From contig CACHTB010000001.1 of NCBI GenBank assembly GCA_902582735.1, positions 640 through 64,639 on the forward strand: a DNA stretch of 64,000 bases. Reading direction: 5' to 3'. The stretch is from an uncultured Pelagibacteraceae bacterium. Lineage in GTDB: Bacteria; Pseudomonadota; Alphaproteobacteria; Pelagibacterales; Pelagibacteraceae. The notes beneath the pieces are model-generated. The model was not told where the DNA came from. It did no database searches and saw nothing but the letters and a program-made list of their open reading frames with translations. The position numbers and the translations under genes were made by a program. This document shows, one piece after another, positions 1-8,467 of this stretch. Within the stretch, counting starts at the first letter, position 1, and every line of letters begins with the position of its first letter.

Positions 1-419
1 ATCTTACAACGGGTGTTTATTGGCGACCTGAGGGAAAAGAATATCTAGCTGGATCACCAATATCAGTCTTTGATGCAGATGATCTAGAACCAGCTTGGAA
101 CGATTTTGAGGAATTAGTATGGCCGGCTCTGGCTAAAAGAATTCCCATTTTTGAGGAATTAAAACTAACTGGCGGTTGGGCAGGGTATTATGATTGTAAT
201 AAATTAGATAATAATGCTGTGGTTGGAAAGCATCCAAAATACGAAAACGTTTATATGGCTTCAGGTTTTACCGGAAGAGGATTAATGCAAGCCCCAGGCA
301 TTGGAAGAGCTTTAACAGAATTAATTACAACAGGAAGTTATCAAACAATTGACATCAGCGTATTTGCTGTTGAGAGAGTTTTGCAAAGTAATGCAAGACC
401 CGAGCCTTACGTATTATAA
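1..419 (+). CDS. FAD-dependent oxidoreductase (DAO/FOXRED1-like), 3' part; 5' truncated by window
   Basis: Frame open from nt 3: GVYWRPEG...WPALAKRIP...WAGYYD...ASGFTGRGLMQAPGIG, the C-terminal motifs of the DAO family. Confidence 0.8.
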   Translation, partial: LTTGVYWRPEGKEYLAGSPISVFDADDLEPAWNDFEELVWPALAKRIPIFEELKLTGGWAGYYDCNKLDNNAVVGKHPKYENVYMASGFTGRGLMQAPGIGRALTELITTGSYQTIDISVFAVERVLQSNARPEPYVL

Positions 420-590
420 TTTCTTAATAAATATTCCTAATACTCCATTAAATATTGAGACTGAAATTATAATTATCTGTCCTTTAAATGAGTAAAAATC
501 AAAAGAGGGATAAAAACTAATTGCAATGCTTAAAAAAATGTATGTGATTAAAAAAGGTCGATAAAATTTTTTTAATTTATTAAGTAACAT
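414..590 (-). CDS. Small membrane protein, 58 aa (not in ORF track)
   Basis: Manual translation MLLNKLKKFYRPFLITYIFLSIAISFYPSFDFYSFKGQIIISVSIFNGVLGIFIKKL*; two hydrophobic segments; ATG overlaps the upstream gene's stop as TAATG. Confidence 0.6.
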   Translation of the reverse strand: MLLNKLKKFYRPFLITYIFLSIAISFYPSFDFYSFKGQIIIISVSIFNGVLGIFIKKL

Positions 591-1333
591 TACATAAAGT
601 TATATCCTATTCTTAAAGCAACAAAAATAACTAGCAATGATGTAATTAAAGCAAGAATTTTTGTTGGAAATATTTTTATATTTAAAAAATTACCTATTTG
701 ACCACCAATTAAAACAGCTACTAGTAAAATAATATAATTTTTGATTTCACTAATTTCTATATTTTTTGTTATCTGACCTAGAATTCCTAAAACTGAATTT
801 ATTAAAATAAATAAAGATACCATTATTGTAATATTTTTTGGGTTTGCTGCACGAAATAAATACAATATAGGACTTAAAAATATTCCTCCTCCAATGCCCA
901 CTAAACCAGAAACAAAACCTAACACTATACCGATAGGAATTGAAAAATAGATAGCTAAAGATTTATATGTTTTTGAGTTATTTCCATAAGATCTAAAATT
1001 AAATAACAACAAAATTCCTGCAATACCTAGAACAAAAAATAATATTATTTCAAAAATATTTTTCTCAATATTTAGAGAACCTCCTATAAATGCAAAAGGA
1101 ATAGATCCGATTAAATATGGTATAAGTAACCTAAAATTTAAATTTCCTGCTCTTATATAATTAATTGAATTTCCTGAAACTACAATAATATTACAGGTTA
1201 AAGCTATTATTGGAAAGATAGAGTATGGAACGCCCCAAAGAAGTAACAATGCAAGATAAGTAGAGCCACCACCAAAACCTACACTTGAATATATTATAGC
1301 AGTTACAAAAAATAAAATAGGTAATATAATCAT
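590..1333 (-). CDS. TauE/SafE (TSUP) family membrane transporter
   Basis: Repeated GFGGG / GIGGG motifs, ~8 TM segments. Confidence 0.85.
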   Translation of the reverse strand: MIILPILFFVTAIIYSSVGFGGGSTYLALLLLWGVPYSIFPIIALTCNIIVVSGNSINYIRAGNLNFRLLIPYLIGSIPFAFIGGSLNIEKNIFEIILFFVLGIAGILLLFNFRSYGNNSKTYKSLAIYFSIPIGIVLGFVSGLVGIGGGIFLSPILYLFRAANPKNITIMVSLFILINSVLGILGQITKNIEISEIKNYIILLVAVLIGGQIGNFLNIKIFPTKILALITSLLVIFVALRIGYNFM

Positions 1334-1342
1334 TCAATTATT

Positions 1343-1843
1343 ATGAAAGTAAATATAGCACTATTAACAGTAACAGATACAAGAACTTTAAAAACAGATA
1401 AATCTGGAAACATTCTTGTAAAAAAAATAAACAAGGCTGGTCATAATTTAGTTGAGAGAGAAATTTGCAAAGATAGTAAAAAAGATATTAAAAAAATTTT
1501 AAAGATTTGGACAAAAATTAAAAATATTGATGTAATTATTACAACTGGTGGAACAGGATTAACTGGAAGAGATATTACTCCAGAAGCAATTGATGAAATA
1601 GCAGATAAAAAAATACCAGGTTTTGGTGAAATATTTAGATATATAAGCCTATCTACAGTTGGCACATCTTCTATTCAATCAAGAGCATGTGCAGTACTTG
1701 CGAATGGAAAGTATGTATTTGCACTTCCAGGTTCTTCAGGAGGTGTAACAGACGCTTGGGATAAAATCCTTGTTCATCAACTAAATATCAAACACAAACC
1801 ATGTAATTTTGTGGAGTTATTTCCAAGATTAAAAGAGAAATAA
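1343..1843 (+). CDS. moaB: Molybdenum cofactor biosynthesis protein B
   Basis: TTGGTGLTGRDITPEA, IPGFGE, QSRA, LPGS, PCNF motifs. Confidence 0.92.
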   Translation: MKVNIALLTVTDTRTLKTDKSGNILVKKINKAGHNLVEREICKDSKKDIKKILKIWTKIKNIDVIITTGGTGLTGRDITPEAIDEIADKKIPGFGEIFRYISLSTVGTSSIQSRACAVLANGKYVFALPGSSGGVTDAWDKILVHQLNIKHKPCNFVELFPRLKEK

Positions 1844-2089
1844 TTACTTTTGGTATTTCTCTTTCCATTCAGTATAAGGCATACCATAAACGTGTTCTCT
1901 AGCATCTGGATCTGAAATTTCTATTCCTTTTTTTTGAGCTTCTTCGCGGTACCATTTAGAAAGGCAATTTCTGCAAAACCCAGCAAGATTCATAAGATCA
2001 ATGTTTTGAACATCTTTTCTCTCTCTTAAATGTTTTATAAGTCTACTAAATGCAGCAGATTGTAACTCATTCTTAATTTTTTCATCCAT
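1844..2089 (-). CDS. DUF1244-like protein (likely start MDEKIK, 81 aa)
   Basis: DVQNIDLMNLAGFCRNCLSKWY...YGMPY.EWK signature. Confidence 0.8.
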   Translation of the reverse strand: MDEKIKNELQSAAFSRLIKHLRERKDVQNIDLMNLAGFCRNCLSKWYREEAQKKGIEISDPDAREHVYGMPYTEWKEKYQK

Positions 2090-2133
2090 TAGATAAATAT
2101 AGTCTTTTAATAAAAAATATGAATTAAAAAATA

Positions 2134-2727
2134 TCAAGTAACCGATTTTTTCTTAAATATAAATTTAATAAAATCTAATCTTAAGGTTAAAAGAGTTATT
2201 AGAATTATTAAGTATATCAATGGTTCAAAAAAAATAGTCTTAGATAACCAGATAAAATGTAGAACAGCAAAAATACCAATTAAATACGATAGCCTGTGAA
2301 TTTTTTTCCAATTTTGTTTTAAGATAAGTACCATTTTTTGATTTGAGGTAATAGCAAGAGGTAACATCAAAAGCCATGCAGCAAATCCTATAAAAATAAA
2401 TTTTTTATTCAAAACATCATCAATAATCGGATCAAAATTAAACTGGTAATCAAAACCAATGTAAGTAAGCAAATGTAAAGTTCCATAAAAAAAAGCAAAT
2501 AATCCCAACATCCTTCGATATTTTATCCAAGCTAAAATTTTTGTAACATTTTTAAGAGGTGTCATTGCTAGAGACAGCAAAATAAATCTTAATGTCCACT
2601 CTCCTGTATGATGAGTTACTTGTTTTACTGGTTCTGCTCCAAGTTGATTAAATAAAATTTGATACGCTATTATTATAAAAGGAATTAAACACAATACAAA
2701 GATTGTGGGTTTGAAAATTCTTATCAT
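2134..2727 (-). CDS. msrQ: Methionine-sulfoxide reductase heme-binding membrane subunit
   Basis: TGEW, RRMLGL, PLAITS, WKKIHRL motifs; directly downstream of msrP. Confidence 0.9.
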   Translation of the reverse strand: MIRIFKPTIFVLCLIPFIIIAYQILFNQLGAEPVKQVTHHTGEWTLRFILLSLAMTPLKNVTKILAWIKYRRMLGLFAFFYGTLHLLTYIGFDYQFNFDPIIDDVLNKKFIFIGFAAWLLMLPLAITSNQKMVLILKQNWKKIHRLSYLIGIFAVLHFIWLSKTIFFEPLIYLIILITLLTLRLDFIKFIFKKKSVT

Positions 2728-2731
2728 TTAA

Positions 2732-3649
2732 TTAAAAATTTTTTCTTAAATCCATTCCATCATAGAGACCTGCAACTTCATCCCCATAACCATTAAACAT
2801 CACTGTTTTTATTCTTGGTGAGTATATATTCTCACCAATCACTCTTTCAGTCGCTTGAGACCATCTTGGGTGTGATACATTAGGATTAACATTAGAATAA
2901 AAACCATATTCATTTGGTGAAGCATTCATCCAAGACGAAACAGGCATTTTTTCAACAAATTTTATATTAACAATTGCCTTGGCGCTTTTAAATCCATATT
3001 TCCATGGCACTATCAATCTTAAAGGTGCACCGTTTTGATTTGGTAATTCTTTTCCATAAAGTCCGGTAACCATTATTGTTAATGGGTGCATGGCTTCATC
3101 AATTCTCAAACCTTCTTTGTATGGCCAATTCAATACTGGAAATCTTTGTCCTTTCATTTGATCTGGATCATATACAGATGTAAATTTTACAAATTTAGCT
3201 TTAGAGGTTGGCTTAACTTTATTTAATAGTTTGTTGAGCGGAAAACCTAGCCACGGGACTACCATCGACCAACCTTCAACACATCTAAATCTATATATTC
3301 TCTCTTCACTTGGGATCATGTTTTTAATTTCCTCAACTGACAAAGTTATTTCATTTTCAACTTCGCCATCAATTTTAATATCCCATGGCTTTGTTATAAA
3401 ATCTTTAGAGTTTTTATGTGGATCAGACTTACTTGTCCCAAATTCGTAATAGTTGTTGTAAGTGGTTGCAAATTTATAAGGAGTTATTTTTCGCTCAGTT
3501 TCAGGGGTATAAGATAAAGCAGATGTAATTATATTTTGAGAAGCGAAAGCAGTTCCAGTTACAATACCCATTTTCTTAAGGAACTTTCGTCTATTTATAT
3601 AAAAATTTTCAGGAGTTATTTCCGAAGATTTAAATTTATTCAATTTCAT
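2732..3649 (-). CDS. msrP: Periplasmic Mo-dependent methionine-sulfoxide reductase catalytic subunit
   Basis: Tat motif NRRKFLK; YNNYYEFG; RCVEGWS Mo-ligand Cys; QNGAPLRL; PWKYGFKS. Confidence 0.95.
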   Translation of the reverse strand: MKLNKFKSSEITPENFYINRRKFLKKMGIVTGTAFASQNIITSALSYTPETERKITPYKFATTYNNYYEFGTSKSDPHKNSKDFITKPWDIKIDGEVENEITLSVEEIKNMIPSEERIYRFRCVEGWSMVVPWLGFPLNKLLNKVKPTSKAKFVKFTSVYDPDQMKGQRFPVLNWPYKEGLRIDEAMHPLTIMVTGLYGKELPNQNGAPLRLIVPWKYGFKSAKAIVNIKFVEKMPVSSWMNASPNEYGFYSNVNPNVSHPRWSQATERVIGENIYSPRIKTVMFNGYGDEVAGLYDGMDLRKNF

Positions 3650-4089
3650 GTTGTTAACGAAATACCTTTAAGCCATTCACTATCTTCATTTTCATAGTGT
3701 TCCTTTTTCCATATAGGTGATCTTTTCTTTATTTCTTCAATAATAAATCTTGATAGTCGATATGCCTCATCTCTATGTTTACAGGCTACTCCTATTAGTA
3801 TGCTTTTTTCAGAAAGTTTGAGGTGACCCTTTACATGTTCAATAAAAACAGCCTTATTTTTAATTCCTAGTTTTTGCTCTGTCTCATTATAAATTTCTTC
3901 AAAACTCTTAATTACCATTGTGTCTTTTGCATCGTATGTAATTCCATTAACCTTTTTATTTTCATTATTATCCCTAACAACTCCAATAAAATAAATTACT
4001 GCACCAAATTTTTCCGATTTTAAAAAATGTTCTGCTTTGGAAATTTCAATTTTTTCAATTGAAGAGTCTATAATTTTTGCATGGAGCAT
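3646..4089 (-). CDS. moaE: Molybdopterin synthase large subunit
   Basis: GAV..F.G.VR, HRDEA, PIWKKE motifs. Confidence 0.9.
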   Translation of the reverse strand: MLHAKIIDSSIEKIEISKAEHFLKSEKFGAVIYFIGVVRDNNENKKVNGITYDAKDTMVIKSFEEIYNETEQKLGIKNKAVFIEHVKGHLKLSEKSILIGVACKHRDEAYRLSRFIIEEIKKRSPIWKKEHYENEDSEWLKGISLTT

Positions 4090-4358
4090 TAACCACCTCC
4101 AATTGGTGGAATAATTCCAATTATTTGATTTTTATTCAAAATTTGGTTTTCCTTTATTAATTGATCTTTATCTGAGCAAAATGCCGAACTTTTTATAATC
4201 TCTTTATAATTTAAATTTCCATTAAATTTATTATCAACATGCTCATAAAGTTTTTTTTTAATATCAATTAGTTTACAAGATTTTGAAAAATTAAATTCTA
4301 AATACTTTGTTTTGCTGAATTCTCTTGCAGCTCCAAACAACTCAACAGATATTTTCAT
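4089..4358 (-). CDS. moaD: Molybdopterin synthase sulfur carrier
   Basis: Ubiquitin-like size, C-terminal IPPIGGG. Confidence 0.88.
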   Translation of the reverse strand: MKISVELFGAAREFSKTKYLEFNFSKSCKLIDIKKKLYEHVDNKFNGNLNYKEIIKSSAFCSDKDQLIKENQILNKNQIIGIIPPIGGG

Positions 4359-4906
4359 TAATTAAATATTTCTTTTAAAAAATCTGGTAACCCATCTGGA
4401 TTTTTCCATAATCCTTTTTTTCCACCTTCTTTTATCAATAATTTTATATCAGAAATTTTTAAATGTGGATTTACTATTTTGCTTAAATCATAAATGGTTA
4501 TTAAAGCACTATTTACTCCCATAATTGCTTCCATCTCTACACCAGTTTTAGAATATGTTGAGACAACACAAAAGACGTCAAGTGAATAAGTTTCATCAAT
4601 CATTATAATTTTTGTCGAAATATGATCAATTGAAAGAGGGTGGCATAATGGAATAATCTCACTCGTTTTTTTTACACCCAATATGGCTGATACCTCTGCT
4701 AAAGAAATAGGATCCCCCTTAGGCATTTGATTTGATTTAATTAATGAAAAAACTTCTTCACCTACAAAAATTTTTCCTGTTGCGAGTGCTCTTCTGAAGG
4801 TTTCTTTCTTTGAAGACACATCAACCATATTATATGAATTTTTTTGGAACAATTCCTCAGCCCAATCTTTTAAATCATTTTTTTTTATTATTTTTAAATT
4901 TTTCAT
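4358..4906 (-). CDS. moaC: Cyclic pyranopterin monophosphate synthase
   Basis: MVDVS.K, KGD, IPLCHP, TGVEMEA motifs. Confidence 0.93.
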   Translation of the reverse strand: MKNLKIIKKNDLKDWAEELFQKNSYNMVDVSSKKETFRRALATGKIFVGEEVFSLIKSNQMPKGDPISLAEVSAILGVKKTSEIIPLCHPLSIDHISTKIIMIDETYSLDVFCVVSTYSKTGVEMEAIMGVNSALITIYDLSKIVNPHLKISDIKLLIKEGGKKGLWKNPDGLPDFLKEIFN

Positions 4907-5898
4907 TATCCGCCAGTTACTGATAGGTTATTAGTTAAACCAGTTTCACCAAGTTCTAAGTAATGAGATTCCTTTTTAAAATTTAATTGTTTCAAAATTA
5001 AATCTTTTAATTCTTCAGTTTGATCATCTCTTTGAATTAAGTGTCTTATATTTATTCCAGTGTTTCCAAACAAACACAATCTTAAGTCTCCTCTAGATGT
5101 AATTCTTAATCTATTACAGGATTTGCAAAAATCTTTTGAATATGGAGCGATAATTCCAAATTTCCCTTTAAATTCTGGATTTATATAATTTTTTGACGGA
5201 CCAGCATCTATTCCTAGAGCTTGTATTATCCAATCATTTTTAATCAAAAAGTCAGTGAATACATTTGAAGAAATATGATATTTTTTAAAATAATCTAAAT
5301 TGTCTCCTGTTTGCATCAATTCGATATATCTAAATTCTACTTGATTTAATTTTATGTAATTAGACCATTGTTTAAAATCTTTATCATTACTATTTACTCC
5401 TTTTAAAAGAACAGCGTTAATTTTAATATTTTTAAAATTTAGTTTCTGTAGTTTTTCAATACCATTTAAAATTTCATTTAATCGATCATGTCCTGTAATT
5501 TTATGAAACTTATTTTTATCTAAGCTATCAATACTTATATTAATTCCATCTAAACCGCTTTCCACAAGCTGTTCTGCAAATTTGTCAAGTTTATATCCAT
5601 TAGTAGTGATTACAGTTTTATTTATGCCTGAACTATTTTTTATTACTTTTACAATTTCATAAAAATCTTTTCTAATTGTAGGTTCTCCACCAGTTAATCT
5701 AATCTTACTTACTCCCAATTCTGATAAACCTTTAGCTAATCTTTTAATTTCTTCCAAACTTAAAAAAGTTCTATTGTCACTTTTGTCAATTTTGAAACCA
5801 TTAGGTAAACAATAGCCGCATTTAAAATTACATACATCTGTTATGGATAATCTTATATAGGGGAATTTTCTGCCAAATTTGTCTTTCAATAATTCCAT
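4906..5898 (-). CDS. moaA: GTP 3',8-cyclase (radical SAM)
   Basis: CNFKCGYC, FCKSCNRLR...LCL, C-terminal GG. Confidence 0.95.
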   Translation of the reverse strand: MELLKDKFGRKFPYIRLSITDVCNFKCGYCLPNGFKIDKSDNRTFLSLEEIKRLAKGLSELGVSKIRLTGGEPTIRKDFYEIVKVIKNSSGINKTVITTNGYKLDKFAEQLVESGLDGINISIDSLDKNKFHKITGHDRLNEILNGIEKLQKLNFKNIKINAVLLKGVNSNDKDFKQWSNYIKLNQVEFRYIELMQTGDNLDYFKKYHISSNVFTDFLIKNDWIIQALGIDAGPSKNYINPEFKGKFGIIAPYSKDFCKSCNRLRITSRGDLRLCLFGNTGINIRHLIQRDDQTEELKDLILKQLNFKKESHYLELGETGLTNNLSVTGG

Positions 5899-6130
5899 AC
5901 TTAGATAATCATAGTTTTATAACTAAATTCAATAAGTCTTTTTTCAATTCAAAGTTGAATTCAAAATAACACATTTACAAGATCAAATTAACAGTCTTAA
6001 ATTAAATTATTATAAATTTGGATTTAAAAAATTATTCAGTCTTCAATCTCTTTTAAATTCAAAAACGACTGGAATAAACAAGTTAATTTCGAATTTATAT
6101 ACTTAATGTACTTAACTTAGGGAGGAAATA

Positions 6131-7675
6131 ATGAGTGCAGAAGCATTGAAAGTGTCGTCAGCTCTAGACACATCTCATTTAAAAGTAAAATTTCCATTTA
6201 AAGCTAAATATGGAAACTACATAAATGGGAAATTTGTAGAGCCTTTATCAGGCAAATATTTTGATAATCCAAGCCCGATATCGAACGAGATTATCTGTTC
6301 TGTTGCAAGATCAAATGAAAAAGATGTTGAAGCAGCATTAGATGCGGCTCACGCAGCTTTTAAAGAATGGGGAAAAACAGATATTACAACTAGATCTGTT
6401 ATTCTTAACAAGATAGCAGATGTTCTTGAACAAAATAAAGACATGCTAGCTGTGGCTGAGTGTTTAGATAATGGTAAACCAATTAGAGAATGTATGGCAG
6501 CTGACATGGCTTTAGTGATAGATCATTGGAGATATTTTGCTGGAGTAATTAGAGCTGAGGAAGGCTCAGTTGCTGAAATCAGTAACTCGCAATACTCTTA
6601 CAATATACCAGAACCTTTAGGAGTAGTTGGCCAGATAGTACCATGGAATTTTCCATTGTTAATGGCAACATGGAAATTAGCTCCAGCACTTGCAGCAGGA
6701 AACTGTTCAGTTTTAAAACCAGCTGAACAAACTCCAGCTTCAATTATGGTAATGATGGAACTTATTGGAGATCTATTACCTCCAGGAGTTGTGAACATTG
6801 TAAGTGGTTTCGGTTTAGAAGCAGGTAAACCTTTAGCATCGTCAAAAAGAGTTGCTAAAGTTGCATTCACCGGTGAAACAACAACTGGAAGATTAATTAT
6901 GCAGTATGCTGCACAAAACATTATTCCAATTACACTTGAGTTAGGTGGTAAATCTCCTAATATTTTCTTTGAGGACATCATGGATAAAGATGATGATTTT
7001 TTGGATAAGTGTGTTGAAGGTTTTGTAATGTTCAATCTTAATCAGGGTGAAGTTTGTACTTGTCCAAGTAGAGCATTAGTCCAAGAGTCTATTTATGATA
7101 AATTCATGGAAAAATGTATCGCGAGAACTAAAGCCGTCGTTCAAGACAATCCATTAAAAATGGAAACAATGATTGGTGCACAAGCCTCAGTTGAGCAAAT
7201 GGAAAAAATCAAATCTTACTTAGACCTTGGTAAAAAAGAAGGTGCTAAAGTTCTAGCAGGTGGAGAAGTTGGTAAACTTAATAGTGGATTGGAAAAAGGA
7301 AATTATATTCAACCAACTATTTTTGAAGCTGACAACTCAATGAGAATTTCTCAAGAGGAAATTTTTGGACCTGTTGTATCTGTAATTAAATTTAAAGATG
7401 AAGCAGAGGCATTAGAAATTGCTAATGATACTCTTTATGGTTTAGGCGCAGGTGTTTGGACTAGAAATGGTAATATTGCTTACAGAATGGGTAGAGCAAT
7501 ACAGGCAGGAATAGTATGGACTAACTGTTACCATGCCTACCCAGCCCACTCTCCATTTGGCGGTTACAAACAATCAGGAGTTGGTAGAGAAACTCATAAA
7601 ATGATGCTTAATCATTACAGACAGAATAAGAACTTACATGTCTCTTATGCTGAAAAAAAATTAGGCTTCTTTTAA
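6131..7675 (+). CDS. aldB: NAD(P)-dependent aldehyde dehydrogenase (AldB/ExaC type)
   Basis: [40 protein letters not shown]; Shine-Dalgarno AGGGAGG just upstream. Confidence 0.9.
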   Translation: MSAEALKVSSALDTSHLKVKFPFKAKYGNYINGKFVEPLSGKYFDNPSPISNEIICSVARSNEKDVEAALDAAHAAFKEWGKTDITTRSVILNKIADVLEQNKDMLAVAECLDNGKPIRECMAADMALVIDHWRYFAGVIRAEEGSVAEISNSQYSYNIPEPLGVVGQIVPWNFPLLMATWKLAPALAAGNCSVLKPAEQTPASIMVMMELIGDLLPPGVVNIVSGFGLEAGKPLASSKRVAKVAFTGETTTGRLIMQYAAQNIIPITLELGGKSPNIFFEDIMDKDDDFLDKCVEGFVMFNLNQGEVCTCPSRALVQESIYDKFMEKCIARTKAVVQDNPLKMETMIGAQASVEQMEKIKSYLDLGKKEGAKVLAGGEVGKLNSGLEKGNYIQPTIFEADNSMRISQEEIFGPVVSVIKFKDEAEALEIANDTLYGLGAGVWTRNGNIAYRMGRAIQAGIVWTNCYHAYPAHSPFGGYKQSGVGRETHKMMLNHYRQNKNLHVSYAEKKLGFF

Positions 7676-7708
7676 TCAATAATATATACTGGCCCATGAT
7701 TCTAAATC

Positions 7709-8077
7709 ATGGGCCGTACTTTAAAAATGAAAGTATCTGCAACAAATTCAGCGTTAAACTTATTATCTGAACTTCAGGAGAGATATGGTGAAAAATTAAT
7801 GTTTCATCAATCTGGTGGATGCTGCGATGGTAGTGCACCCATGTGTTTTCAGGAGGGTGAATTTCCTTTAGGTGATAATGATGTAAAATTAGGAGAAATT
7901 GGGGGAGTGCCTTTTTATATGAATGGTGATCAGTATGAAAAATGGAAACATACTGATCTAACAATTGACGCTGTTAAAGGAATAGGTGGAATGTTCTCAT
8001 TGGATAATGGAACAGGTCGCAGATTCCTGACTAAATCAGAAATCTGCTTAGTTGTAGATAACGACGAAAAAAAATAA
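7709..8077 (+). CDS. DUF779 family protein (commonly follows aldB)
   Basis: FHQSGGCCDGSAPMC signature. Confidence 0.85.
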   Translation: MGRTLKMKVSATNSALNLLSELQERYGEKLMFHQSGGCCDGSAPMCFQEGEFPLGDNDVKLGEIGGVPFYMNGDQYEKWKHTDLTIDAVKGIGGMFSLDNGTGRRFLTKSEICLVVDNDEKK

Positions 8078-8081
8078 TTAC

Positions 8082-8399
8082 CTATTGTCCTGGTGGTTTA
8101 TAACCTATCTGACTTGCTTTAGTTGTAGCTTTCGTAAAGTCTATTGCCTCTAACATTGTCATATTCTTAACAGCACCTGATGCTTCAACAACTAATTTAA
8201 TTGCAGCAAAATTTTCAAACGATCCAATGTCAGTCACAACAATAAAATCATATGAACCTCTAACGATGTCCATACTATGAATTGTTCCACCAACTGCTTT
8301 TGTTAATTGTTCTACAACCGCTTTTCTATCACTTGTAGGATCCTTCATGAAACCTTGAAAAGCTTTTTCTGTGTAATTACCCATTATATATGCTTTCAT
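8082..8399 (-). CDS. GYD-domain protein
   Basis: ~105 aa, GGTI...RGSYDF motif. Confidence 0.7.
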   Translation of the reverse strand: MKAYIMGNYTEKAFQGFMKDPTSDRKAVVEQLTKAVGGTIHSMDIVRGSYDFIVVTDIGSFENFAAIKLVVEASGAVKNMTMLEAIDFTKATTKASQIGYKPPGQ

Positions 8400-8467
8400 T
8401 ATAACTCCTTTTTTTTAAAAATATTTTAACCTAAAAAATAAAATTTTGAAAATTTTTGAAGAATTTT

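Noticed and set aside
5899-6130. Riboswitch or sRNA in the long moaA-aldB intergenic region
   Set aside because: Only weak imperfect inverted repeats (TTCAGTC...GACTGGAA) in very AT-rich DNA; no recognisable Moco or other aptamer.
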